Of a stretch of 64,000 bases of DNA, positions 52,651-64,000 are shown one piece after another; the stretch's first letter is position 1, and each line of letters begins with the position of its first letter. The notes beneath the pieces are model-generated. The model saw only the letters and a list, made by a program, of their open reading frames with translations. It had not been told where the DNA came from and did no database searches. The position numbers and the translations under genes were made by a program. The stretch lies in assembly GCA_002811645.1 (NCBI GenBank), contig PDIP01000047.1:1-64000 (forward strand). The letters run 5' to 3'. Origin of the DNA: Corallochytrium limacisporum Hawaii. Lineage: Eukaryota > Protista > Pluriformea.

Positions 52651-55600
52651 AGGAAGGAGAAGGAGAGGGGGGGTGCGGGGTGGGGGACTTCGCCTGTTGT
52701 TGTTTGCCGCCTGGGAGGAACTACAGAAAAGCCGCAAAAAGATACTCTCACCACACCCAAGCACCTGATTCACATATTTCTATACTTAAACAACGTACAG
52801 TTTATTGTACCGTTGGGCTCCTCTCTGCGATAATTTTTTCGTCTTCGGTTCTTCCCAGTGTTTTCACAAAAGGAAGGAAAACAACCGAAAGGCAAAGAAA
52901 AGAAACACTTTCAGGACATACACAATAATAGGTCCCGCCAACGGGGACGAGGGTTTCCTTGACTCAGCATAGAGAATCTATGGTGTCAAATGGTAGTCAA
53001 ACAGCTACCAACTCTCTCGCACACGAACAATGCAACACTTCGCCCTCTCGCGGGGCCGGAGACGACGGGAAGAAGGGGGTGGGAGACAAGGATGTCAACT
53101 TCATTAGGACCCCAACGACACGTTCCCCCCTAGCTTGCCGCTACTGCGACTACTGCGTACGTGCGTGTGCGTGTGTATGTTATTCTTTTGCTTCCTTTGA
53201 TATGCTTGGAGCAAGAGTTGGTCGTGACGGCCACCACCAGCCCCTCCCCCCCCCTCTCTTCCCCAATCCCCTCCCTCGGTCCCCCCCCTGCGCGTAGACC
53301 CAACCATCCCTGGCCCCCTCCTCCCCGCCATCCCCTCCCGTGAAAAAAAAAAGGGAAAAATTATTGGGTTTGAGTTGCACCTTAAAAACTCCCCGTTCAC
53401 GACATGGACTGCTGCTAGGTGGAACCGGAAGTTAAAGAATGGGACAAAAAGTCCATGGGAGCACGCCCATGCGTGGAGTTTATTGATGCATGCTGGTGGC
53501 GATGTGGTCGAGTGTGTGAGTAATAGGAGCTCTATTATACACGTATTTCGGTGATGGTAGAAACCATGACCTAACCGGTTGCGTTACTGTCACCCATGCA
53601 TCATCGTGCTATAACAGTAATATTATGGACACGGGTAGGCTTAGGGAGTTTCTACTTATCTACTCTCCGTGGGCTATGTGTGTGACGATTTGTTTGACGA
53701 TCCAAACCTCTTTCACCATGGTTGTCCATTTATCCCTTGCTGTGCGTGCTGCCAATACTGCCAATGAATGCCATGCTAATCTGCTCCATCTCATCAATCA
53801 TTCATCCACGAGCAACTCAAAACAATCCACCACTTACTTCGCAGGGTTAGAAGTCATGTGGAAACATTCACAGCATTGGGATGACTGTTAATCGACCGTG
53901 CCCCGGACCCGAATTCTAGTTCCAGCTTGGTCAAGCTCGGGTCCTGCTCCGCGCACATTGGAGCAATTCTCCTCCTTCGTCGTTGCGTTTCCATTTACTT
54001 TGTTGAGTGTATTCACTATTATACAAAAATTTGTGCAGCGCCGAACCATTCTGGGTGTGTCAACCTCCGAGCTGATGACAGATCAAATTTCGTAATCTTC
54101 AACTTGCTTATATTGTGTATGGATTTCGCATTAGCGAGGGACAGGAATGGAAGTTTCGTCTAAGAAATTTCCTTCTATATCTAGAATGCTACAGGTATAT
54201 ATCTAATGTGACAATACCGCAACAGGTACGCTCGGGTCCTAGCACATAAAGTACTAGAACTACCATTGTTATTGCTGTGTTGTTCTAACGTAGCTGAGCG
54301 GTTTCAGGTCCCGCCCCAGAGATTGGAATGAGGTACAGGGAAGAAAAAGTTTTTTCATCATCAACCACGGTTCCTATTCTCTATGTATTTTGACCACAAC
54401 TGGGCGCCCAGAAAAAATGGAAACAAGACGGTGGCGTGAAAAGGGAAGAATCGAAAAGAGTCAGAGGTTGAAGCAGAGTCAGGACGGACATTAATGACAG
54501 TGCTGAGTTCGCGCATGCCGATGACCAATCATGAATGTATTGAAGGTTGTTGTCCGTCCTGGTGAACTTCGATGCCGCCTGTGCTTGCCAGGGCCTGTCC
54601 GCGGACGCAGAGTGGGTCATAAAAGCCATTAGTGGGTCCATAGCTTGTGGCGGGCAAAAGACGAACATTCACCATACCAATAGCGGATTCGTGATCTATC
54701 CCGGGGTAAACCGGACAGAGATTCCTTATCCGGCTGTTCCGTTTTATCAAGACTGTTCGATTGACTTTCACATGTGCTGCACTTTGAAGAAAGAGGTCCG
54801 AAAACTTCCGAAAGCTTACTATTTATCACGTCCACAATCACATCACATCGCAAACAGACAGACCTGCACTCGTATCGGTACCTCACTTCCGTCGCTTGAA
54901 ACAGACGCATCAGTTGGTATTAGATCTGTTTCTGTTCACCGGCAGCAAAACCCAAACTAGTACATTACCTATGCCGAAAGATTTGCTTGCGCAGCAAAAT
55001 TTGCATCCCAGGTCCCCCTTTAACACCCCTCCCACCAAGGGGGCCTCCCCACCGGGCCAGATGAGAAAGTCACCGTTGAACCACGATTGGGACCGAGGTG
55101 GGCTATTTTCTTTTTCCTATGGGGAGGGGGTACTGGGCACACCCGCGGCCCGCGTGGGTGTTCTCGTCTGATACAAATAGAGCGGAGAAATAAGACCCAA
55201 ACCAGGAAAAATCAAAAATCCTATGTACACGCATTTGCAGTGCGGGATAAGATTGGGTAAAGGGACGAGAGGCGGGGGGAAAAGAGCCCAAAGGGACCAT
55301 GAAAAGACACACGGAGGAATGGCCACTGCCGCAGGGAGAGCAGGGCGAAAAAAAAACACGTCTCTCACAGGGTGCACCCCTTGTGATACTCGAGACTGCC
55401 ACTGGCCAGTGAATTGCAAGAGGACGGAAGGGGGGGGGACTTCGGAGTCTACGAACGGGTGATCCGTCAGAGCGGGCAGTCCCAAAAAAGCGTACAGACG
55501 GGAGAGTAATTCAAAGGCCGACGACAAAAGAGAAAAACTGCAACTCTTGGTCTAGTGTGGCTGGGTACTTTGACTATACACTCCGATGCTTCTTTCCCAC

Positions 55601-56609
55601 TGCCGGTCAAGGGGGTTGAGGGGGTGTCCCAGGTGCGAAACTTTACCATCCACGCGTCAACATAACAATGGGAGGCAATAAACAGCAAGATCGCTAGCAT
55701 CAACAGTGTATTCTCCAGAATTCCCGATGATGATAAACCAGTGAGCAAACTGAACCGAGTACAGAAAGAAATAAGGGCAATACTGACACACAAGAGAAAT
55801 ACCATGGTCCAAACCCACAGCTGGGCCCCACTCGGACCCCACATAGGAGGTCCGCGACACATCCACAGGCAGAAAGGCTGTTGGCTTGGTGCACCAGATC
55901 GGTCCCAGTTGTCCAAGCGTCGCGCTGTCGTGGAGAGAACACACCCATGTAACTGAGGACAGCTCGCGTTATGGTATGCATTATGTATTAATATATCAAA
56001 ATGGTGTATCGCTCACACCTATCTATAAGAGACTTGGATATTATCTGCCGCAGACAGTGCCCAGGCGCTTCGGCCACCCTCCTGTGTAAAGCTGTCGCCA
56101 GGAGGGAGGCCATAGCCCAGCCTTTTCTATAATATATGTACTTCCATTTTTAAACTGTACTGATCATAATCGACCAATTCGGTGCGCCCTCTTCCACCTA
56201 CATATGCCTGCCTTTCCGTCGGTCTGAAGCTTGTGGCGCTCGCCGGGACCAAACCCTTGGGAAAGAGAGGGCAACGGGCCCGGGGGGACTTATAATAGAC
56301 TCCCGATATAAATTCATTTAAATTACGAATTATGGGCTGGGTTGGGTTTTCAGTTTTAAAGGGTCGTGGCTGTTTTTGTTTAAACCGCCGAGCAAAGTGC
56401 TTCGTGGTTTGGACGCTCGGGAAAACCTTGGCTTCGAGTGATTAGCACTACACCTTAGTGATTTCTGGGCGGCAGAGATGTGTTAAGCTATTTCTTGGCG
56501 TCTTTACTTGTCGAAATTTATATTACAGATGACAATGATATGACAATGACGAAGGCCATCGGATTGGTTCGACTGCAAAAAGGGGACGTGTGTTTTCATA
56601 GCGACAAAG

Positions 56610-57131
56610 ATGACGGATCAACCGGAGGCCCCGTTCAACAAATGGGACAATGCAGCTCTTCGCAACAACATTGGTGATAAAATTAGTCAGTTGATGAAAG
56701 GTATGGGATACACCGAGAATACCACAGCAGAAGACATCCGCTTGACCCTCCACGCTGTGGCCACAGTAATTGCCGTTATCAGCGGCGTATACGGGCTCTA
56801 CGTGCCTCTCAATGAGAGCTACTTTCAACAGTTAGCACTTTTTCTACTTTACGGTGCCCTCTTCCTGGGTGGCTACGCCACAACCTATCGTTTGCCGGAT
56901 GGATGCACCTTTGTGGGACGAAACAAGCAGGGTGAGGATGTTTACGTTGTCTCCAAGCTGCCCGCCATGACTGGGCGCTTGACACTGGGCATGCGGATAG
57001 GTACCACAAAGAAACAGATTAATCTGGATGAGTTTAGTGTTGGTGAGATCGTCCACGTCGATGGATTTGTTTCTGATGATGCCTTAAAGAAGAAACTGCA
57101 GAAGCTCGAATCAAACTGCAAGAAGGCTTAG
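56610..57131 (+). CDS. SPCS2: signal peptidase complex subunit 2
   Basis: NKWDNAALRN..GY.EN..DIRL, two TM helices, SVGEIVHVDG C-terminal motif. Confidence 0.85.
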   Translation: MTDQPEAPFNKWDNAALRNNIGDKISQLMKGMGYTENTTAEDIRLTLHAVATVIAVISGVYGLYVPLNESYFQQLALFLLYGALFLGGYATTYRLPDGCTFVGRNKQGEDVYVVSKLPAMTGRLTLGMRIGTTKKQINLDEFSVGEIVHVDGFVSDDALKKKLQKLESNCKKA

Positions 57132-57182
57132 ATATAATTGCATGAGTTATAAGAATACGGAATCTTTAGTATTGTGTTAGTT

Positions 57183-59150
57183 TTACATGGCGTCGAAGTG
57201 CAACAAGTGTGCGCGTTCCTTCCTCTCCCTTTCATCTTCTTGTTTCTCTCGCACGTGCAATATGACAATGACTATACCAACCAGCAGACAAATGACCAGC
57301 AGGGCAAGAATAATGAAGGGCAAAAAGTCGGCAGGAGTGATGAAGAGCTCAATTCTCCAGGCATCTGAGTTGCTAGCCGGGCGTGGATCCACCACCACGT
57401 GACTGTTCGGAATAATTGAGCGCAGGAGGACCGTGTTGGACTTATAGTCACCGCCAGCATCTGTCGGACTGGTCAGCATACCAATTCCGACGTAGAACTC
57501 TTCAACGTAGTTCGGGTTGAACCCTAGACCTGCTAGATGGTTCGCCGCCGCCATTGGGGTGGCATCAAAGGAAGCACCAATGGCCAGGGCGTGACCCCTC
57601 TTCTTTCCTTTGTAGTCAGCAATGGTAAATCGCACTGTGGCACCGTAAGAAGGGTTCAGTGCAGTCCGGACGACAACCAGTTGGCTGTCCTCTTGATAGG
57701 CCTGCAGGACGTTGACATCCAGGAAGTACGCATCTCCCCTCACCGCGTTTTTCAACAGCATCATCTGGCCAGAACCATTGGCATCCTCTGCGCCCACCAG
57801 GAGGTCGATCTGGCCGTCAGTATCTAAGTCTATGGGTGCAACTAAGGTCAGTGTACCGGTCACACTCTTAGAATCTATGACCTTCTCATTGGCCTGCAGC
57901 ACGAAGGTACGGACGTCCACAGAATAATCAGTCTGTGCTGAGACATCAACCATGGTGCAGGTGTCAGTGGTAACGCCATCGCATCCTGAATTCGCAAAGT
58001 ATGACACTTTGTTGTTCTCTGTGTCGATCACCAGCAGATCGCCGTATCCATCTAGGTCGATATCCGTCAGCCGTATCCGTTGAGCATCCAATAGCCCAAG
58101 ACTTGGTTGTAATGTTAGAGCATACGGGCCGACCAGCTCATAGTCTGGGTCCCTGTTGCAAAACGACTCTGGATTTCGACATCCTCTGCTGGTGATGGTG
58201 GAACATAATTCGATCTGGGCGTTCAAATACCAAACCATTCTGTCAAAGCTGGTGCACCCATCCTCATCACTTGCATCTGCTGTGCACGCCAAGCCGACGA
58301 TGTCCAAATTACCATCCCGATTCATATCGATCGCAGTTAATGGACCGAAGAATTTCATGTTGTCAGCAGTATACTCTAGCTTCTTATCAAGGGTGTACCC
58401 GCCCGCAGTTGCCCCGGAGAGCTGTCGCAACCAGACCTCTATCTGCCCCAAACTATTACTTATGACGATGTCGCTGAGACAATCACCATCGACATCGGCG
58501 TACAGGATGCTGATCATGTTACCAAGCTCGTCGCTCCCGGGGAATGGACTTACCGAGAATTCCTTCGTGTCCGAGTTGTAGATTGCCAGCATCCGCTCCG
58601 GGCCACCATTTTGTACCGTGTTCGTGGCATTCATCCCCGTACCGTAGTAGAGCAGTCCCTGACCGCCTTCGTAGTCAATGGATGCCACAAAATCACTGGC
58701 CACTGGAATGCTCAATCCGACGCTTTCAAATGCTTCACCGCTTTTGCCTTCGTAAATATTCCACACCCGGTCAGAGTCTGGATTCTCTCCAGTCGCGGCA
58801 ATTATCAGGATGTCCTCCAGACCGTCGCTGTTGTAGTCGAGGACGTGCACTCCGTAAATATAATCATACCCATCAGGAAGATCTTCATCTGCGAGAATTT
58901 GTGTACCTGTCCGACAGAAATTTCCATCCTTGTCACCTGGACAAGTGTACAGTGCGCTGTGGGCATTGTTTGTGTAAAGAATTTCAAGGGTCCTTGTGTT
59001 TCCCGTATCCGAAAAGGCTACCGGTACTCCAGTCAATGCGTCCATCGCGCCACCGAAGGCGCCATTTTGTAGTTCAAACAGTTGTGCAGAAACAGCAGTG
59101 ACTGTCACCGCTGTCTGTAGCAACGATAGTTTCAGTATCTCAGATGCCAT
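57183..59150 (-). CDS. ITFG1: FG-GAP repeat single-pass membrane protein (ITFG1/LINKIN/TIP)
   Basis: signal peptide from ATG 59150, FG-GAP repeats (DYNSDGLEDI, DVDGDCLSDI, DIDLDGYGDL), IIPNS, TM helix, tail LHVREKQEDERERKERAHLLHFDAM. Confidence 0.92.
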   Translation of the reverse strand: MASEILKLSLLQTAVTVTAVSAQLFELQNGAFGGAMDALTGVPVAFSDTGNTRTLEILYTNNAHSALYTCPGDKDGNFCRTGTQILADEDLPDGYDYIYGVHVLDYNSDGLEDILIIAATGENPDSDRVWNIYEGKSGEAFESVGLSIPVASDFVASIDYEGGQGLLYYGTGMNATNTVQNGGPERMLAIYNSDTKEFSVSPFPGSDELGNMISILYADVDGDCLSDIVISNSLGQIEVWLRQLSGATAGGYTLDKKLEYTADNMKFFGPLTAIDMNRDGNLDIVGLACTADASDEDGCTSFDRMVWYLNAQIELCSTITSRGCRNPESFCNRDPDYELVGPYALTLQPSLGLLDAQRIRLTDIDLDGYGDLLVIDTENNKVSYFANSGCDGVTTDTCTMVDVSAQTDYSVDVRTFVLQANEKVIDSKSVTGTLTLVAPIDLDTDGQIDLLVGAEDANGSGQMMLLKNAVRGDAYFLDVNVLQAYQEDSQLVVVRTALNPSYGATVRFTIADYKGKKRGHALAIGASFDATPMAAANHLAGLGFNPNYVEEFYVGIGMLTSPTDAGGDYKSNTVLLRSIIPNSHVVVDPRPASNSDAWRIELFITPADFLPFIILALLVICLLVGIVIVILHVREKQEDERERKERAHLLHFDAM

Positions 59151-59566
59151 TGTTATGTATTCAGAACTATTGTTCACACCTCGCCACCGGGCGCTGTTCC
59201 TGGATGAATCATTCTCCTTGAGATTCTTAACTCTTTTCACATTTACACGCACACAGTATCTCAAATTGTTCCTGTGGCAGGTGTCGATCCTGAAGAAGCT
59301 AACCAAAAACATACAATTCTGGTATGTTGTTAACGTCCTCCCGTGAACACAGAGGAACTCTTGTAGGAGCCCCCTCCGCTTAAGGGGGAGTTCAGTACAA
59401 ATAGTACTGGAATGATTTTACCTGATTGTGATCCTCCGTAACGATGTAATCAAGGATTTCTTGGGGAACCCGTCCGGTTGGTTTGAGACCAGCCCTTGTA
59501 TTTCTACTGTGCTAGGGAATTCTATTGTGGCATTGAAATTGGTGCTGCTTTGTCTTGCAGCATTCG

Positions 59567-61093
59567 CTACTGTCTAGCGGTTGGCGTCAAATGGAACGAG
59601 TCAATCAGTTCGCGAACGCAGGGAGTGGAATCGTTAGCCAGAAACTTGGCGATCGTGTATCCCTTCAGATTGGAGAGGTACGGATCCGCGCCCGCGCGTA
59701 AGAACGCGGACATGATGGTGGCAAACTCCTTACCATTGGATGCGCAGCCTTCGCGATAGCTACACAGAAGATCCATGGCTGTCTCGTCATCGTTGTTTGG
59801 AAGGTTGCAGTCACTGCCAGCAGTGAGGAGAACCTTAATGACCTGAGATGCGCGGACAGAAGCAATTGTAAGCGAGAACGCATTGTTCGCTGTGTGGTGG
59901 ACAATGGATGCCTGTGTGATTGGCTCACTCGAGTTGGACGGGCTACGATTAACAACGGCCTGGCACATCCAGCTCTCTATTAGCTGTTCGGTGGCAATGT
60001 GCAGCGGTGTACGACCTACGGAGTCCAATACGTTGGGATCAGCACCCTCATTGATCACGTTCTCAATGAGGAGGGGATCCACAGGGCTGATTGTCAAGAA
60101 GTGGAGCAGGTATCCACTGTACAGCTCGCGTGAAATCGGTTTGCGCACACTGTACAGGCGGTTCAGATCACTGGTGTGTGACACCAAAACCATGACAGTT
60201 TCGGGAATCAAGTTGTGCTCAGTGGAATCCGTGCTTTCTTTCTCACCAGCAAGAACTGCAAGGGCCTGAATGAGCGGAGTCTCTCCATGTCTGTTCACCG
60301 CATTGACATTGCATTCAAAGTTCTCGAGGACAAGGGCAAGATGCTCAGGCCTTCCCATAGTGGCTAGTACATGCAGTAGATTGTTCATGCTATCGTCGAC
60401 AGCATGGACAGCAGCACCACGTTCCAATAGGGCAAACAAAACCGACATATCGTTGTGAGCTGTTGCAATCTGGACAGGGGGTCCATCCGTCGACGGCTCA
60501 TTGATGTCAAATCCTGCATCCAGAAGCATATCTATGATGTCTACTTTCCCTGAGGCAACCGCAAAGTGCAGAGCAGTCGGAGGTGCACTGCGTTTTTCCG
60601 GCTGACTGTTCTGCCTGGCCACCTGCGCCTGCGGCCGTAACTGTTGTTGAGTTCTGGAGGAGCCCTCGTTCGCGTGCGGGTTCGGCCCCGCCGCACCCGC
60701 TGCTATCAAGGTTTCTACGATACCCTCTGATCCTAGTTTTGCTGCCATGCACAAAGCCGCGTTGCCCGAGCACAAGCCATCTAACTGTGTGTATTGTTGA
60801 CCTCGGCTATTGTTGGCCCACAAGGCATGGGCCTGGCCTTGGGCTAATTCCTGAACTAATCGCAGGCCATCCCCTGCGCACACTGCATCCTGAACTTTGC
60901 TAAGCGAGTACGATCCTGCAAACAGTTCCTGTAATTCCGGCAGCAGGGCCTCCTGTACATCTTCCAATAGCTTTGAACCTACTGAGCTACTACTGTTCGC
61001 TGGGCTAACGGACGGTATTAACGACCCATACGTGCTGGACTCAGACGCAGTCTGGCTCGCTAAGTGCTTTTCCGTATCTGTTAGAGTTGTCAT
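59567..61093 (-). CDS. ankyrin repeat protein
   Basis: multiple ANK repeats (TALHFAVASG, GETPLIQA, GRTPLHIA, GADP). Confidence 0.88.
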   Translation of the reverse strand: MTTLTDTEKHLASQTASESSTYGSLIPSVSPANSSSSVGSKLLEDVQEALLPELQELFAGSYSLSKVQDAVCAGDGLRLVQELAQGQAHALWANNSRGQQYTQLDGLCSGNAALCMAAKLGSEGIVETLIAAGAAGPNPHANEGSSRTQQQLRPQAQVARQNSQPEKRSAPPTALHFAVASGKVDIIDMLLDAGFDINEPSTDGPPVQIATAHNDMSVLFALLERGAAVHAVDDSMNNLLHVLATMGRPEHLALVLENFECNVNAVNRHGETPLIQALAVLAGEKESTDSTEHNLIPETVMVLVSHTSDLNRLYSVRKPISRELYSGYLLHFLTISPVDPLLIENVINEGADPNVLDSVGRTPLHIATEQLIESWMCQAVVNRSPSNSSEPITQASIVHHTANNAFSLTIASVRASQVIKVLLTAGSDCNLPNNDDETAMDLLCSYREGCASNGKEFATIMSAFLRAGADPYLSNLKGYTIAKFLANDSTPCVRELIDSFHLTPTARQ

Positions 61094-61633
61094 TGTGTTC
61101 GATATTTACGTATTTCTTTACATTGTACGAGTCCCAAAAATGCCTATAGCCCGAGGGCTTCGTGATGAGTGTGTTATCCAATCTCTGAGAATCACTTTCA
61201 CGGAAGGAAGTTACAAGAACACGTGTCGCTCTACAACCTCTGATCGTGTAAGTAGCTGGACTCTCTCCCAATCTCATAGCACTACCCAGGGGGCGTCACA
61301 TGGCTTCGGCAAACCTACTGGGATGCCACTAATCGACCCTAGCCAAAGATGATCCGACTCCTCGGTCGAACTGTCCGTCTCGACAGTGTCCTACGGCAAC
61401 AAATGACACACACCCCCACACAGACGTCCTGCAGTGTACGTGTACGTGTACGTGTGTACAATCTCTTCCCCTGCACGGGGACTGATTTTCACCGCTCACC
61501 GACAACAGCCTTGCGCTTGTAGGTAGTGCCCTCCTGATATCGTGAAGCCTTTGCAGCAGCACACACAGGAGCGAGAGAGCAAGCAGCAGCGGGAGCAGCA
61601 CTGGGGAATAAAGAGAGTGGGTGGGACGGTGGG

Positions 61634-61917
61634 NNNNNNNNNNNNNNNNNNNNNNNNNNNNNNNNNNNNNNNNNNNNNNNNNNNNNNNNNNNNNNNNNNN
61701 NNNNNNNNNNNNNNNNNNNNNNNNNNNNNNNNNNNNNNNNNNNNNNNNNNNNNNNNNNNNNNNNNNNNNNNNNNNNNNNNNNNNNNNNNNNNNNNNNNNN
61801 NNNNNNNNNNNNNNNNNNNNNNNNNNNNNNNNNNNNNNNNNNNNNNNNNNNNNNNNNNNNNNNNNNNNNNNNNNNNNNNNNNNNNNNNNNNNNNNNNNNN
61901 NNNNNNNNNNNNNNNNN
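61634..61917. other. assembly gap (284 N)
   Basis: run of n. Confidence 1.
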
Positions 61918-64000
61918 GGAGGGAGGAGGGCACACAGCGCAAAACGAAAGTGTACCTTTCCGCATATCACAGTGAGACAAATGGAGAGGGGGAAAGGCAG
62001 TGGACGGGCAGGCTCATGGTTATTGGCCCGCATGGAATGAGCCAGCTTGAAAAAAAAAAAAAAGAAAGGGAACGAAAGCAACGAAGAACAAAAAAAAAGG
62101 GAGAAAAATATGGGACCTCAACCCAGAAGTGGGCGGGCGGATATGGTGCCTTTGAGTGGAATTGACGAAACACAGTGGGTACCCACTATTTTTTTGTTGC
62201 AAAATTGAATATGTGTTCGTCCCTTCCCTCTCCTCCTCCTCCCTACCCCCCCCATTGCTCACTCTTTCCAAAGGCGGCGACCTTGTCACCTCCGTTGGAA
62301 ATCACATGTCTGGCAAAGGAAAAGCCAAAAGCAGAGTTACCTTTCGTTGTGTTGATCCAGGAATGCAGAGGGGGGGAGGGGACGTAAAAAAGAGGTGGGG
62401 GGGAGGGGGGAAGCGTGAGCGACAGGAGACTCGTCTTTGAGAAATCCCCCCCCTCCCCCCAGGAGGAGCACTGCCGGGCACATGCGATACGCAGTCTAGG
62501 ACGACGCGGAGCAAATTATACACATTGACGAGGTTTTGCAGTAGTTGATGAATGGACACGGTGCAAGCCCAGACGCAGGAAGCGAGAATTATTGGTTGCA
62601 TTCCTTTCTTTCCACTCTTTCGCTGTCCTGTTCTTTTTTTTTTTGCGCAGTGTGTAGAAAGAACACAGCAAAGAGTTGCCTCAGCAATTTCAAAGCGCCA
62701 TCGCTACATCGCCATACAGGGGAGGGTTCACGGCGCGACTTACGGCGCTCCAAAGGCTGTGTGGGGTGTGGGCCTCTAACCCGTCCCCCTTCCCCACACC
62801 CGCACCAGCCAACAGAGCACACTAAATTCCGACCGCAAGATGCAGTCCATGTGGGCACATACACGTCTGAAAATATTCAGGGCCTGGAAATTTCCCTTGA
62901 TATCATCGAACGCCTGAAAAAAATTACAAAGATTTCTAACGGAGACTTGGGGGGGGGGGGGAGGGGTTGTTCCTGGTGCTCGGTTGGGTGCGGAGGGGCT
63001 TGGGTTCGTGGGTTCGTTCTCCCGACCCCTGCGCTTTTCTCTTTTTCCTTTGGCAGAAGCCAATTTTTTTTCTTGTTCTTGAACTGTGCCGCAAACACGG
63101 GTGACTGACTGCTTCGCTTGACCGCAGGCGCTCGCTGCAAAACCTGGTAGTAGAGTTTCAGCCTTCCTCCCCCCCCGGGGGGGGGGGGGGACCGCCATTA
63201 CGCACTTTGGGAAAAGGAACAGAAAGAAGAGCAATCAACCCAACCCACTCTTCCGTCTGAGTTTGTTTTAAGTTGTACCACCTGCGCACAATTATTTATT
63301 TATGCGTAGTTGCCCCAGTACTGCCTCCCAAGGGGGGCACCCAGGCACGAAACGCAGGGGATTGCAATGCGGACACTTGTCAACAGCACCACAACAGCAA
63401 GCCGCGAGAGGTGTCCCGCAAAAAAAAGGGGAAGGTTAAGAACCAGAAAAGAACACCAGAGTTTTTGAGAGAGGGACTGGCCAAGGGCGTCAAACTAAAG
63501 CAATAAAAAAAAAGGAGAAGAAAAAGCCGAATGGCCAAAAAGAAAAGAAATAAACCAAGGGGGGAGTGGGGGGCCGAAAGGAGCGAAGGGGGGGGGAGGG
63601 CAACGGAACCTCCGCACTACTAGGGGTATCCTGCTGCTCATTATAGCTGGCTGCGCTTGTGTTGGTTGCTCCAAAAACGGTTGGCACGCGCTGGTTTTTC
63701 CTGCAAAACAGCAAGTCCACTTTCTTAAAAAGCGCAAAAATGGACCAAAAAACAGTAAGGTACAGGAAGAACGACTCGCAGGGCTTGTTAGATTACGGTG
63801 ACCGGCGATGTCGAATGTTTCCCATGCGAGACCCCCCCTGACTGCGAAGATTGTATGTTGCTAGTGCGATTAGACATTGAACATGCTGGTGATATTGCAT
63901 GCTGTATTATAGTATTATTAGAGTCTCCTTCAGCCCTGGTTGGATGTGTGTGTCACGGTCAAATGCACTACAGAAAATGATGAGCCAAAGATACACCCCC

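Noticed and set aside
1-64000. tRNA/rRNA genes, CRISPR arrays, intact transposons
   Set aside because: No cloverleaf-compatible GGTTCGA context, rRNA signatures, regularly spaced repeats or intact transposase/RT ORFs seen

Overview
Eukaryotic genomic DNA with no prokaryotic features. About 23 protein-coding genes, almost all with single-exon CDSs: COQ2, two divergent flotillin-2-like paralogues, a RIB2-type deaminase, PEX6, a class I-beta aminotransferase, HSPA14/Ssz1, RPS25, BLOC1S2, ELP6, ZER1, VWA8, ATG3, CUL1, a full-length animal-type STAT, SPCS2, ITFG1, an ankyrin protein and several orphans. Animal-type signalling genes, a riboflavin-pathway deaminase and near-total loss of coding introns together suggest a unicellular holozoan, possibly Corallochytrium-like; this is an inference. 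Main hunt result: the only coding intron found (VWA8, 35961-36496, GTAAGT...TACTAAC...CAG) contains a ~280-nt rod-like fold-back whose imperfect pairs are mostly G-U on the transcribed strand. Similar 170-350-nt nested fold-backs, usually flanked by donor-, branch- and acceptor-like signals, lie in the 5' leaders of RPS25, VWA8, CUL1, both flotillins, STAT and others. This points to a recurring class of structured 'zipper' leaders or 5'UTR introns in an otherwise intron-depleted genome; pairings were found by eye and need folding statistics and RNA-seq. Other highlights: an isolated, frameshift-capped C-terminal fragment of the flagellar dynein-2 heavy chain, a prokaryote-type zincin with a mitochondrial-like presequence, and a possible prephenate aminotransferase. 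Assembly gap at 61634-61917.
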